The translations under genes and the position numbers were made by a program. Source: Batkoa obscura (taxonomy: Eukaryota). Taken from it: a DNA stretch of 64,000 bases. The notes beneath the pieces are model-generated. The model saw only the letters and a program-made list of their open reading frames with translations, did not search any database and was not told the origin of the DNA. Positions 39,291-53,135 of this stretch are shown here, in pieces. Position 1 is the first letter of the stretch; each line of letters opens with the position of its first letter. Location of the stretch: NCBI GenBank assembly GCA_030770535.1, contig JASVEC010000001.1, positions 62,001-126,000 on the forward strand, written 5' to 3'.

Positions 39291-40209
39291 ATGTCTTCTC
39301 CAGTTAATTTTATAAAAGATCGAGCTTCCTTTATTGGTCTTTTTTTAAGCTATCATTTAATAACAAGCACTACTTTAAGTCAGCAACTATGGACTAAATT
39401 GATAACTAACTTTAGTGAATTTAATATTACATTATTTGGTACTGCTATAGTATCAATTATATTTTATATGAGTTTCAGTTCAGTATTAGCTTACATTGAT
39501 TTTATAATGATGCCAAGTTCTACAGCACTTGAACTTAAGGTACAGCCAAAATATCAACCTACTTGGTTCGACTATTCAAAAGCCATACCAGTAATTTTAT
39601 TTAACTTAGTTGTACTTGGGGTGCCTTATGGTTATTTTGTATTTTATATGTTTCATCCCACTTCTGCATTTAATAATAAATCAGGGGAATTATACTTTAC
39701 TGAATTACCAAATACTAGTAAAGTGATGTTCGATGTTATGATCTGTGTTTTGATCGAAGAAATTTTATTTTATTATTCCCATCGTTTGTTTCATTTACCT
39801 TTCTTTTATTCCAAATTCCATAAAAAACATCATGAATTTACTGCTCCTATCGGTATTTCTGGTATGCTTTATATTATATTTTATAAATAATGATACTAAC
39901 TTTTACATAGCTGTATATACCACTCCACTTGATTTTCTAGTTAGCAATATCACTCCATTATTGGTTGGTCCCATTGTGCTACAATCCCATCCAGTAACGG
40001 TATGGGTTTATTTTATAGTAGCAATTATTAACACCGTGATTACCCATGGTGGTTATACTATTCCTGGGTTCCCAAATCCCAAATTACATGACTTTCATCA
40101 TGAAACTTTTAATAACATGTATGGTGTCATTGGCTTATTGGACTTTGTCCATGGTACCGATGATAAATTCCGTGCAAGATATAATAAGATCGATACTAAG
40201 GTGGAGTAA
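39291..40209 (+). CDS. Fatty-acid hydroxylase / sterol desaturase superfamily protein (FAXDC2/Erg25-like), 2 exons
   Basis: His boxes HRLFH, HKKHH, HGGY and HDFHH; intron 39862-39910; ATG 39291 preferred because ATG 39255 abuts the TATA box. Confidence 0.9.
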
Positions 40210-40807
40210 TTAATTGTTGTTTTGTTTAAATAAATTAGTATCTTATCATATCAAATTTTTATAAGTTTTAAATTGTATTTTTTGTAATTAAAATAACTCT
40301 TTAAACGTGACCGATTAATTCTTTAATTTTTTAGAATTGGAGATCAAGAATTTCTTAAAATAAACTACAGCACTATTAGCCTATCGCGGCTATAGGAAGA
40401 AAGATATTTGAACAATTCGATAAAATATTCTAACAATAACTATATAAATATAAACAAAATATAGAGTACTGCGACAAAAACTTTAGAAATTTAACTGCTT
40501 TAATTCTATTAGAATTCTTTTACTTTCTTTAGTTTTGCTTTTATTCATTATTAAAGATATCTTCCAACATGTTGTTCAAGTATTTTTCTTATTATAGTCG
40601 TGATAGTTTAAAAACACCGTATCCAAAATTAATAAAAAAATATTTCAATACATTGATAAAGCATTTGAGAGTTTTAGCCCCTTTACGATTTAAAAAAATA
40701 ATATTGCAAAATTTATTTTCTAACCTTTCGCTTTAAAGCAAAAGTTAATTTGTGCGTTATATTTTTTAAGTTTCATTTTGAGTTATTTATTTTTCACAGT
40801 ATTTAAA

Positions 40808-41953
40808 ATGAAGATGGATAAAAATAAAAAATTTAACAACAAAAGAGAAATAAAAGAGATAGAAGAGGATATTGATAGTGACAATATGGAAATAAACGAA
40901 GATATCGAAAGTATAGATGATGAAGTCAATAGTCTCGGAGACTCTGATATCGAAGATGATATTAGAGATGATTTTGAAGCAGATGATAACGAGGCAATGG
41001 AGGAAGAAGACATGGCATCTTCAGATGAGTCAATTATGGACAGTCCAGAGAAAGAGGATATTAAGGCTCAAATAAATGGTACTTTTAATTTAATTAATTA
41101 TGATTCACATATAACGTTATTTAGAAAAGTTAAAAGAAAAGTTACTTGAGATAGAAGAAATAATATTTAATGAAAATTATTCAAATGCCCTCAAAAGCAA
41201 ATTAAATTTAATAAAAAAAGGTAGACCTAAATTCTAATGAATTAATTAACTAATAGCATAACTTTAAGCCCAGACTAATACTAAAGCAAACGAAAGAATA
41301 AATAACTTGGAGAAAAAGACAATACATTTATTTAATAAAGTGTTGGAAACTTTATACAAAGTTTGTCCTGATTATAAAACCTCAGCCAACTTGATTAACG
41401 AACAAGTAATTGAAGTAAGTCCTTGTTTTTAACTTTTATTTCATATGGTCTAATAAGTTAAGGATGCGATTAAAAATGTAGGCAGTGATTATAGCGGTGA
41501 AGCAATCATGAATAAAATGTGGCAACCTATAAGTTTAGCAAATATTAAGTTACAACGTTCCATGTTTTCATTAGAAGGCGATAAAACTTTTTTGGTAGCT
41601 ATTATTTAAGTTGTAAGTTAATGTATCATTTAACCATCAATTAATAGGAAGCGATAAACATTGAACAAGCCAAAGAAAAAGAAAAAGAAAAGTTAAAGAC
41701 AATGTTCCATAGTTATTATATGGATCAGGTAACGTCTAGTTTTGGAGATGATTTGGATAAACTCAGAGAGGTAAATTATTTTGTATATTGATTTTTATAC
41801 TAACATTTGTTAAACAATCAACAGGAGGAAGATTTTACTAATTCTAAATTACAAATTTTAATTGATTCTTTACAACAAGGTATTTGTATATTTTCAGATA
41901 GTGATAAAGAACTCATTTTATCTACTAATGATAACCAAATGGAAAGTGATTAA
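40808..41953 (+). CDS. RSA3: Ribosome assembly protein 3 (Rsa3) domain protein with acidic N-terminus, 6 exons
   Basis: C-terminal YMDQVTSSFGDDLDKLRE|EEDFTNSKLQILIDSLQQG...F matches the Rsa3 domain pattern; introns restore the frame. Confidence 0.78.
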
Positions 41954-43201
41954 AAAAGTACGGCTTATTAATTCTTTATAGAAAATAAAGTAATAGATTT
42001 TTATTTAAGTTTAAATTTACTATTTCATACACTTAATGCAACCTAAAATAATAACGTGGTTATTATATTGAAATGTTTCCTTTATAGACACTCAATTTTA
42101 AAGGCAATGATAAAATCTATATGGTTTATTTGATTTCCCTTCAAAGGATTTATAAATACAGCCTTTAAATAATAACACATGAAAATTCTATTGGCCATAT
42201 TAACTGGTTAAGACGTTTTTTAACTGCTTTAGCTTTACTTTCTTTTCATCTTCCGCTCTATCCCTTTATTAATAGATATACTATAATCTTATGGCATATA
42301 AAGGATAGCTAAAATTACGGGTAAGTTTTAGTGAAATATCATTTTATATTATATCTGATTGAATAAGATAATTAAATTTACAATTTTAATTTATTTGCTT
42401 TAAGTTGATTATCGACTGTGAATACTCAAATGTATAGTCAAACAAGTATTTGACTTATTAGAGCCTTGGTGTTATTTTATTATATTCTACTACATTTTTC
42501 AAAACTTATTTGCAGCTTTTCTCTGGTTGCTAGTTTTCTGCATAAGATAAAAATCACAGATTAAAAGTTTTACTCGGATCGGATTTATAGTTAGTATTAG
42601 TAATGTGAATATTATTCATTTTACAGTATAATAAAATGAATATTATAAAAATAAACTGTTATACGTATTTCTTTTTTAAAGTATAAAAATCTATAAAAAA
42701 AACTTTATAAACATAGTAATTTTCCTAAACTGATTAAAAACTTTTACAAAAAACCACCCCGTGATATTTTTTTAAATACTGTAGGGTTTTCAATTTAGGT
42801 GTAACTAAGTTAGATCTTTTTTCATCCGATAAACACAGTTTTTATAGATCCTTGATTTCCGAATCGACAGATTTGATTGCGATAAATTGCATAGAATATA
42901 AGCTTTTAGAGACATCCTTTACTTAAGATTTTGACGGTTACATGACGATTTTAGCAGCTTTTTTGAGACCCCGATTTCCTGACTTGATTGAGACTTAAAT
43001 CCTGGGCTTTGGAATTGTTGGCAGTGATTATACCAAATATGCCATACGATCCCAAAATCGATAAGTATTGGTTAACCATAAACTTGATTTTTGATTTTAC
43101 AAATTTTATTTCTAAAGTTTAATTTATAGCTTAGTCAAATAAAATCATTCTTATCAAATAATCTAGAGATGAAATTAAAGTTTAAAGTTGTGAAATGCAA
43201 T

Positions 43202-43792
43202 ATATGGGGATGTATTTTTTTGTTTAAGAATTTCACTAGCAGTTTTTCCACTCAAATAGTGCTTAAAAAATGGAAAAAATAATGAAACCAAAAAAAACAT
43301 CCTCAAATTAAGTATAATAAAATTTAAGAAAAAAGCTATCATATGGGGATGTTTTTTTGGTTTTATTATTTTTTCTATTTTTTAAGCACTATTTGAGTGG
43401 AAAGATTGTCAGTAAAATTCTTAAACAAAAAATACATCCCTATATAAATGAAAGTGTTTTGTAATTCTCGAAGGAATAACAAACTAACAACCCATTGGAA
43501 AATTTGGATGTAATGATAAAAAGATCCTCTTTACGCTTGAATAGAGTCACTTATTTCAGGAGCAGTAATGAAACGTCTATCTCTTTAACTTATCAAATTA
43601 CAAAAAAATCCCTACAACGAAAAAGCTCAGTTCGATCATATTCTTTTTTATATTGTGAGGTACCTTTAAATGTCCTTTAAATTTAATGATATGGGGGTGT
43701 TTTTTTTGGCTTCATTATTTTTTCCGTTTTTTAAGCGCTATTTGCGGAAAAATTGTTAGTAAAATTCTTAAACAAAGAAGTACATCCCCATA
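43202..43792. mobile_element. Cluster of three MITE A copies (about 43202-43305, 43341-43444, 43689-43792)
   Basis: ATATGGGG ends and shared core. Confidence 0.9.
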
Positions 43793-44494
43793 TTGAACAA
43801 TTTTGTCAAATTACTATAATTTGAAATATTCTTATTAATAATAAGCCTTTAGATTGTAAAATTTATTACACTTAAATTGTAAAAAGGAATCTATATAATT
43901 AAAAAAGCATATTTTTAACAAGAACCAAATAGTAAATGATTTTTAATACAATTTTATATACGCTTCATAAAACAAAGTAATTTTTATTTTTTAATATTTA
44001 ATATTTTAAAAAGGAAATTTATAAGTTTTTTAAATTCAAAGTGGCATACTCTATCATTTATTGCAAATTTGAATAATTCTAATTAAAATTGAAACCATAA
44101 TGAGTTATTTGTTTGAAATAATCATTTGTATAAAATAAATAAAAGTAAATTTATTTAATAAATATTTATTTGTCTTAGATACCATTCAGTTAGCCATTTA
44201 TTTTTTTTAAAATTGACTTTCTATATTTTCCAATAATTTTTTGTTTTAATATTCAATAATTTCTAACGTTACACGGCATAAATTAAATAAAACGTTGGAA
44301 TATAAAAATTGTGGTTTAGAATAAATACCACAATTCAACCCAATATCACTTTCCTTCCTTTCTCCTTAATTTTGTCTAATCTTTATACCTTAAACTTCTT
44401 CCAGAAATAAAACACATTGATGTTTTGTATCGATTTAAAAAATGGAATTTCTTAATGAGAGAGGTTATGACCCTTTCTGTCACAAAGCTTTCCA

Positions 44495-44592
44495 CTATTT
44501 TTTTTTGGCTTCATTACTTTTCCATTTTTAAGCGCTATTTAAGTGGAAAAACTGCTAGTAAAATTCTTAAACAAAAAAATACATCCCCATAT
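44495..44592. mobile_element. MITE family A, one end truncated
   Basis: Core plus ACATCCCCATAT; the other TIR tip is missing. Confidence 0.82.
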
Positions 44593-45119
44593 AAACTATT
44601 ACATTAATTTGGTGAAAAATCACAATGAAAAGTTAGAAAGCAGTAATTTTTTCTTTTTTAATAACTGCGAGTCTGTAAATCAAACTTGAGTTTTTCCTAG
44701 CTTTTGAATTACACTATTATTTAAAACTTATTATTGAACATTGGCTTTAAAAATACATCATTTTTAAATTTATCTTCATCAAATATAGAAAAGAAGCAAA
44801 GAATAATGTTAAAATTATCTATGATATAAAACTATATTTTAATAATAAAAGTGAACTAACAATTCCAACATAAGTTAAAACTATAAGTTTTAAATTAAGC
44901 TAAAACATTACTAATTTCAAAAAGATAATCAAAATTTAATAGTTTTTAAGTAAGTTGCTTAATATAGAGGTGATCGTCCAACTATCTCGCCATTTATGAT
45001 CGTTTGGTATTACTATTTATAGCCAATAAATAGATACCTCATTGCAGCATAATTTTACATTTAACTATATTATTCTTAAGTATAATTTCAAAAGTAAATG
45101 TATCCAAATAGAACTAAAA

Positions 45120-46823
45120 TTATAGTTCTTCAAGCTGACACATTTTTTTGAACCCCTCAATCAAACCGAGCAAGGTTTCTTCAGCTGTAGGTATAATTTG
45201 TTGACTAGGTAATAAAAATCCATAATCTTCTTCATGATTACCGCGTAATTCGATTGCATATGGATATTTAATATTGGCTTCATGAAATGCCCTAATTAAA
45301 GTTTATCTACTAAATTAGTCCAAATAACAAATATAATTACCAATCAACCCCACCACCTGCCGCCTTATAAATCGTATTACAAACCGAGCCTAATTTATAC
45401 TTTCGATGATGGACTTGTCGAATCTTATCGATTGAAGCTAACCCAACTTGATGTAAATTATTCACTCTGGTATTGTTCTAATAAAAGTAATACAAACTTT
45501 AATTCATTTTTATTCAAAGTAAATGGACTCACTTTCACATCACATGTGTATCCATAGGGATACATAAATAATTGGCCGTAAGCATGAAAATCAATATAAC
45601 TTATTATATTCGTTTGGTTTAATAAAAACTGCTTTAAATGTTGAAGTTCAACGGCTTCGAAGGATGAATTACCATTATACGATTCTTGACATGGTTCTTT
45701 GTTGTTTTTGGTATCCCAATGAAAAGACTATTAAAGTATTATTAAATGTGCCATTATTTTACTAGTTATTTTTTGCTTTACCCAATTTCTATTTAAATCC
45801 TGTTAAGATAAACAATTAGTTCCAATACTGATTAATAAATACTATTTAGACTGCTTACAATACCAACACAGTTTCTATCCTTCTTCTTATTCCTCCCATT
45901 GATAGTCTGCCTATTCTTTCTCCATAATCTATCTTTTTTGAAACTATAATCGTACCCATCGATATTTAGAATAGGTAAGAATACAATATTGAATTTCTGA
46001 TTGATCAATTCAATTTGCTCTGTATATTCAGATTCTTTAGGTGAAAAGATGTTTTTCATTAAATATGTTACTACCGCCTATTGTATTAAATATTAAACTA
46101 TTTTATCACTATAAACATTGTACTTACAACACTTATCCATTCTATCAATTATTAGTATAAAGAAAAAAACTAATAGATTAAATTACCTCTAGCATGAATT
46201 CCTCCTTGAATTAAAATAATAGGTTTACTGTTATCCATAGCCTGGTTATAAAAAACTTTAATAGGTAAATTCAAATACGAATGGCCAATGGTTAATGATT
46301 TATAATTTTGAAAATAAGTGTATATAGTATCATAGTTTGAATACATATTAAAAAATGGCTGCTCTTTTAATGGTAACGTAGTATTTTTATTTTTATTTTT
46401 ATTTTTATTTCTATTAGTCATAATAAAATTCTTTTTTAATTGAGCTTGTTGATTTTGTTGATCTTCTATTGTTTTGCCTAAATTTGAAATAATTACTTTA
46501 TACTCTATATCTTTATCTTTTATATATTCCATGAGTCTGCTTTGCTCCTCTTGTTTTATTATTACGTCCATTTGCTCGTCATATATTTCTTTCCATCGAT
46601 GTTGATTATTATCAGCAGTAGTGCCATTGAAACTTCTATCGCTATCATTGTTATTTTCAATAAAGCTGATTAAATAATTAAAGAATTGATGTGAGGTAGT
46701 AAATGATTTTAATTGATTATTATAATAAATTCGAAGTAAACTATAATTGTCATAATTCATTGATATAACAATTGATAGTATTATTGCAATGTAAAATATT
46801 ATTCCTTGATTTATTAGTTTCAT
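45120..46823 (-). CDS. Secreted M14A zinc carboxypeptidase with prodomain (carboxypeptidase A-like), 7 exons
   Basis: GIHAR|EWIS, NIDGY, RLWRKNR, GI|DLNRNW, IDFHAYGQ, YPYG, AAGGGVDW (hydrophobic at the specificity position) and IELR. Confidence 0.93.
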
Positions 46824-47593
46824 TTAATTAATTTTTTAAAAATAAACAACATTAATTCTATAAGTATCATTATTTATAATATTATTATACTTATATTTCC
46901 GATACTTAAAAGCGATAACATAATTTCAACTGAATAATTTACTATTTTAATTTTAGAAATTAAATTTATAAACGCCACTTTCATTTCTTGACGCTGGCCA
47001 TTTGGCTTAGTTATCGCTTTAACAAAAGCCACATTATAGCTACCACAGCTCTTTTGTGACTTTTTTTTAATGGTAATTTTAATATCCAAATTACTTGTAT
47101 AATTGATTTTTATCTTTTAATAAATATAGTATAATTTTTTCTCTTAGATGAGCGGTTACTTAAGCTACAACAGCTGTAACTATTTTGTGTTAGGCCTTTC
47201 GTATGTCTTTTCTTTATTTACAAAAAAATAGGTCATTATTGGTTGCAGCAGAAACTATATTTTACAAGACATTACTGACTACAAATAAAACATTTTGCTA
47301 AATAGTTTACTACTGTTGCATTCCTACACTTTTACGGCGTTGAATCCGCCTAAAAAAAGAAACACACAAACAAGGGTCTAATTGTAGTAAATTACTATTA
47401 AAATAGTCTGTATATTTAAAGCAGTTCATTGTTTTTTTTGGATTATGTGGTAGGCAAAAAGACTAAAATTGAGTTTATAAAATTATGAGGAGAGACAGGG
47501 AAATATCATTTAAAGTAACCAAACAAATCTAGTTAGTTTTCACAAATAAATAGCCAAGCTAACTTTCGTCTCCTTAATATACCATTATATATT

Positions 47594-47699
47594 ATATGGG
47601 GGTGTTTTTTTTGGCTTCATCACTTTTTATATCTTTTAAGCACTATTTAAGCGGAAAAATTGTTATAAAATTTTTAAACACAAAAATACATCCCCATAT
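47594..47699. mobile_element. MITE family A
   Basis: ATATGGGGGTG...CATCCCCATAT. Confidence 0.9.
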
Positions 47700-47907
47700 G
47701 TAATAGCTAAGTACCATGTAAATTTTAGCTCACTCAATTTAGAAAATTTGAAATAAACTTGGATTTAGCTAATTATCACTCAAAAGCAATAGTAATTTTT
47801 ATAAAATAGTACTACAGTTTGTACTTAATATAATCAATAATATAATAAACTCAAATTTGAGCGTTATTAGAAGGGAGTAAAGTTGATAATAAGCTGAAAA
47901 GCATTGC

Positions 47908-48072
47908 ATGGGTTAGTTTTAAACAAGATGCGACTTTTCTCCAACTTTGATTTTGAGAAAGTTGTAAATCAATGCAAAAATGGTATGAAAATCATTCTTT
48001 TTTGCTTATTTACAGCTTCAGCAAAAGGTCAAAACCGGCAAAAAGTTGAACCTAGGTTTGAATTGCCCCTTA
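47908..48072. mobile_element. Divergent MITE with family-B-like ends
   Basis: ATGGGTTAGTTTTAAAC...GGTTTGAATTGCCCC. Confidence 0.45.
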
Positions 48073-51000
48073 TTTGTTTATCCATATTATCTAAACAATG
48101 AACTAGTTTACAATCATAAAATGCGTAAGTAATTATTTACATATTTAAGCTTTTCAATTTACCGCTGTTTTATAGCTGATTATGTCCAATATAAAATGAA
48201 ACCCCAACTAGAATAAATATTAAATAAGAATAATTTTAAACTATAAAAGAGTTTTTTGGAATAGCATTTCAACTCTTCTAATAGTAGCACTTTCATATAG
48301 TTGAACTGTTATATATAAGTTGAACTGCTTTCATTACATTGGTTGTTTAAATGTTTTTTATAATGAGCAATTACTAACTTGTACTGATGTGTCTATCTGA
48401 ATTATAGTTTAAAGTAAAAACAAATACACATAAGTGAGAAATTATAGTTAAAATTGACATCACTGGTAAAAATTATTTCTCAATTTTTAATGTTTCAGTA
48501 TTTAGAAACATGTTGATTTTGCATAATTTATTAAATTGCCTAATTTATACTAACAGCTATAACTCTACTGCTAATAAAAAGTTGTTATATCACATCAAGA
48601 TAGTAGCTATAATATAATTAGCAGAGGAATATGAAAACTAAAATAAAAATATAAGTGTTATTTTGTATAATAAATAATTTGTTTTGCTATTCATATCATT
48701 CAACATGCTGCTTAGCTATCATTGATTTATTAAAAGTAGTGGTACTAAAACGCAAGCATATTCTTTTAAAGAATCTAGAGTATGAGTATGGTATGAATGT
48801 GAGTATTAAATAATGAATTAATGTAGCAATAATCAATGAAATAGCAAAACAAAAGGCGAATTGCTACCATTTTAATAAAAATCGGTTTTTATCGTTTTAA
48901 AGCCAAGATGAAACCAAAAATACTTTTATTCAAGTTTTTTTCAAAAGTAAATTAGCTAAGGTTTGAAACTTTAGTTATAAAAGACTAAAATTAAGATTTT
49001 TACTAGACCACCCCCTGAGTTTCACTCAACTATAACAGCACATGAGCTTTGACAATAAAAATAGGTTTTAAAGACATTAAAAGATTCGAATTTTGACTTT
49101 AAATAGACAAAATGCTACTAAAAATAGACCCTCTTTCCAATCGGAGACTCACTAAAAGATAGCTTTATATTCATTATTTTTCATATCTTTGGAGTATAAA
49201 CGAATTACAGATTTCCAAGATCAAGTTTAAGCACATTGCTACTATTTGCCATTATGCATTTTAATTGCACTTTAAGCTTATCGATATTTTCTAATCAAAT
49301 CAACGGAAATTGAGCACAAAAAATTTACATTAATTTGAATCCAAAATAATAAATTGGAATTTCATTGGCTAGAATCCCTTTTTATAAAAACTTTGAAGGG
49401 AATAAGAGCTAATCAAAACACATGTGTATTTAAATTATTTTAATATCATAAAATAATAGCTTGCTATTGAATAAAGATTAGACTGTAGGGGCGGAAAATT
49501 CGATCTCTCAAGAAGACCCTTTTATTCCGTTATTTAAAATCTGATGGTTCCTAAACAACTTTAAGTTAAACATGAGATTATTCTATTATTAAAATAACAA
49601 CTAAATATAGAAAATACTATATTTTCAAAAAAAAGGGGAATATAAATCATCCACTTTTTGGGTCTGAAAATATCATTAAAATGAGTTTAGTAATTAACAG
49701 TTAATTTTTTTAAAACCGAAAATATTTTTAAATATTTAAATTTAAGTTTAAAAGCTTTATTTAGTAATCTGAAATTTTTTTAAAGTTCTTAAGCCATAAT
49801 CTGAAATATCTATTAAAGATATTAAGTTAAAGTACAGATTTCATGGACATTGAACAAACGAACCAAGTTTTTTTATTCAAAGCCTTGCTCTTAGCAACTT
49901 ACTAATAAGTCTATTAGTTACTAATTGCTAAATCTTAACAATAAGTTTACTGGTATATTAATTGCTATAGTATTACTACAATGATATCAATAATATCTTA
50001 CAAATCTCCATGAAAGGATTAATAATCCATAAAACTACCTCATAATCAATGTCAATTGATAAAATTAGAGTCATTTAAGCAAAATAATATGTAATTATAA
50101 GCTCAGCTATATTTGAATAAAATAATAATATATTATAGTGAAACTTGTAAGATAAAAATAACTACAGTGGTATTTGATACTAACATGTATGGATTAATAC
50201 TGTTAAAAATCAGGATAAGTTATTGGATGTTAGATGAAACGATTAAATAAACTTATTCTTTCTTTCCAAATCATTTATTTGGTTTAACCTTAATCGTACA
50301 TTGTTTACACCTATTCTTTAAATTTAAATGTTTAATGGTTTGTATGTTATCTTATTAATAAAAAAAACAGATCAATAATTCCCATAATGGTACCGAGAAA
50401 CAACCATGATAAAAACAAATAAATACAGGATATGGGTGTCTATATATATTTTAGTGTATTATAGTTATTAGTTTAATATTAATATCAAAAATTTGGTCTG
50501 GTCCTATTTGGTTTAGTATTAATTTATTATTAAAAATATAAGTGAATAAAGAATTAAATCAATAATAATTACTGATCAGCTAATAACTTTAATAGTAACA
50601 GTAACAGTAACAATAACAACAACAATAATAACAATCGAGTGAATTCCTAATAAAATTAACTATTTGATAGTAGTAATATAATTAGTTAATAATGAGTGAA
50701 ACTAATTAAACAAAAGTATTCGAATTGTAGCAAATAATAAAATAACAAACTGAGGTACTTTTTGCAAAAAATGCACTTAATGATCAGCAAAGTGAAATTG
50801 AATTTTACTAGACAACTTCCTATATTAAGTAAATTACTTCATTTGAGTAATAATTCGTAACCAACTAAATAGTAGACTAAAACTATAGTTGAGTAATATA
50901 CTTCAATGGCGAAGAGCTTTGATTACATGTATTTATTAAACCTGATGTATAAAAATGAAAATAATAGAAATAATAGAAATGAAAATGAAAAAATCTATTC

Positions 51001-51322
51001 AAGTTAAGTTTTAAATTGGTCTCACTTTCTACTAAAAATAGGCAAAATAAAAATTTAATCATTTAATTTAATAACAAACCATGTTCATTAAAAATTTATG
51101 CGAATTAGTCCATATCAAAATTGACGTTGAATCTATTCGCTTTATAAGACAGACATGCATAACAAAATGAATAAATAAAGAAAGTTGAAGATTATTAAAA
51201 GAGAGGTATAAAAAGTCAAGATGAAGAATCAAAATCAAATACTAAAAAATAGATTTATTTAAATCTTATCAACATTTTAAAACTTAGAACTTATTTATTA
51301 TTATATTTCACTCTATACAAAG

Positions 51323-52096
51323 ATGAATAACATGTTGGAATTATCTACTTACGAAAGTTACCCATTACAAAATAAAGATTACATAGAATGGGAATATGAG
51401 CTTCAATATAATAACTATCCTTGTAATCCAATAGAAATAGAAACTCAACCCCAATATGCCAATGATAATTCGGCTTATAATATCCCATTTTCAAACTATA
51501 ACTCATCTCCAAGCAATTTATCTTATCTTATGTATAGTCCACAAGAAGCATCGAACATGGCTACTTTCAATCCTTTTAACTCTGAAGATAACAATTTAAA
51601 TTATTTAACTTATAGTCCTAATCAACAGCAAAATAATAACGATTTATTATTTAATGATTTAGTTTTTGATAACATGACCTATATGAACCAATATAACAAT
51701 ACCATAAATCATAATAACTCCAACTCTAATTCCGTCACCTTTAATATACACTGTAACTCCAATGCAAATGTTGATTTTAGTAGTACTTCAAATAGATCTT
51801 TATCCCCTTTAACTATGATTGAAGAATCCCTACTAACTAATAATAATATATTATTAAATCATCAACAAAATCAATCCACTTCAAACAAAAATACAGTCAA
51901 ATTTATTAAAGATAGCAGTAAACCATACGCTTGTGATCAATGCGATCGTGCCTTTTTAAGAAATCACGATCTTACCCGTCATAAGAAAATACACTCTGGA
52001 GTTAGGAAATTCCAATGTACTTCATGTGATAAGAGATTCTATCGTAAGGATCTATGGCGTAGACACTGTATGACTAAAAAGTGCAGAAAGGCTTAA
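51323..52096 (+). CDS. C2H2 zinc-finger transcription factor (two C-terminal fingers), intronless
   Basis: KPYACDQCDRAFLRNHDLTRHKKIH, linker SGVRKF, then CTSCDKRFYRKDLWRRH; N-rich N-terminal region; TATAAAA about 51207. Confidence 0.92.
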   Translation: MNNMLELSTYESYPLQNKDYIEWEYELQYNNYPCNPIEIETQPQYANDNSAYNIPFSNYNSSPSNLSYLMYSPQEASNMATFNPFNSEDNNLNYLTYSPNQQQNNNDLLFNDLVFDNMTYMNQYNNTINHNNSNSNSVTFNIHCNSNANVDFSSTSNRSLSPLTMIEESLLTNNNILLNHQQNQSTSNKNTVKFIKDSSKPYACDQCDRAFLRNHDLTRHKKIHSGVRKFQCTSCDKRFYRKDLWRRHCMTKKCRKA

Positions 52097-52569
52097 ATTT
52101 TCGGTTGGAACTCTATTTATTTTTGCTTGTTTGGTTGATTTTTTTTCTTTATTTAAAGTGACCTAGTCACATCCTCTCTCTATCTACATTTAATGTAAAT
52201 AAATAAAAAATTTATTAATAGCAATTCATTTTTACCTCCATTTTTTATAAATATATGTCATACAAGGAGTTAATATCGGATTAGTTACTAAAAATCAAAA
52301 GGCGGAAGGAAGGGTAAACAAATCCTGTTAAATTTTTAATAAACTTAAAACCTATTAAGAAAAAAACTAGATATGAATGAGATCAGATATTCTAAACAGT
52401 TTTTTTTTTTGCTCGATTTAGAAACACTGCTTTTTTAATAGAGCTATTAAGCTAAATATGGCTAATGCTAGTCTCAGTTATTTTTAACTTTTTAAAACCT
52501 GTTCCATTTTTATTCTCTTTTTATTTTGTCTAGTATTGCTGGATGAGTTAATATATCAGGTCGCTTTCT

Positions 52570-53135
52570 AAAAAAACACGGGGGTTTTAAATTGTTTCTT
52601 ATTCAAAACGAAAAATAAATCCACCCTATGGTTGTATTAAAAAACAATAGAAAGTGTATAAAAAAGAGTTAGAATAAAAATTAAATTAACTTTTATTTTT
52701 AAACATGGCTAATTAACAAAAACAATAATAAGCTAATCTTACCATGTTTTTTTATTAAGAATTAGAATAGGATTAGTGAAAACAAGGCATTGAGGATCTT
52801 AAAAAAGACTGGTATTTTTTTTTAAAAATTGTAAAAATTAGAACATGTATAAGAATATGAAATCGAGAAGAACAGTTAAGGGAGAAATGCATATGTAAAT
52901 CCTAATTTTGGACCATCAACCATCTGATTTAAATGCTCTTGAGCATTTCAGCTATTATGCTTGCTATACCTCAATTATTAAACCCGAAACTACCATTAAA
53001 TTTTATCCCAAATCTAGCTGAAATCATGTAACTCAACTTATTCAAAATAGTTTACCTGAAGCTGCTATTAGTATTATACACGACTATTCAAAACTAGAAA
53101 ATCTTAGCATCTGTAAAGATAAGAAACTGGCATAG
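52570..53135 (+). mobile_element. Possible decayed Tc1/IS630 transposase relic
   Basis: Frame near 52905-53080 reads ILDHQPSDLNALEHF...S*NHVTQLIQNSLPEAAISI, resembling the SPDLNPIE and SMP.R motifs. Confidence 0.3.

Noticed and set aside
42800..43080. GC-richer patch with DLNP in one frame; another G-rich patch at 54640-54800
   Set aside because: Stops in the frames examined and no convincing motif; probably old TE debris but cannot be assigned
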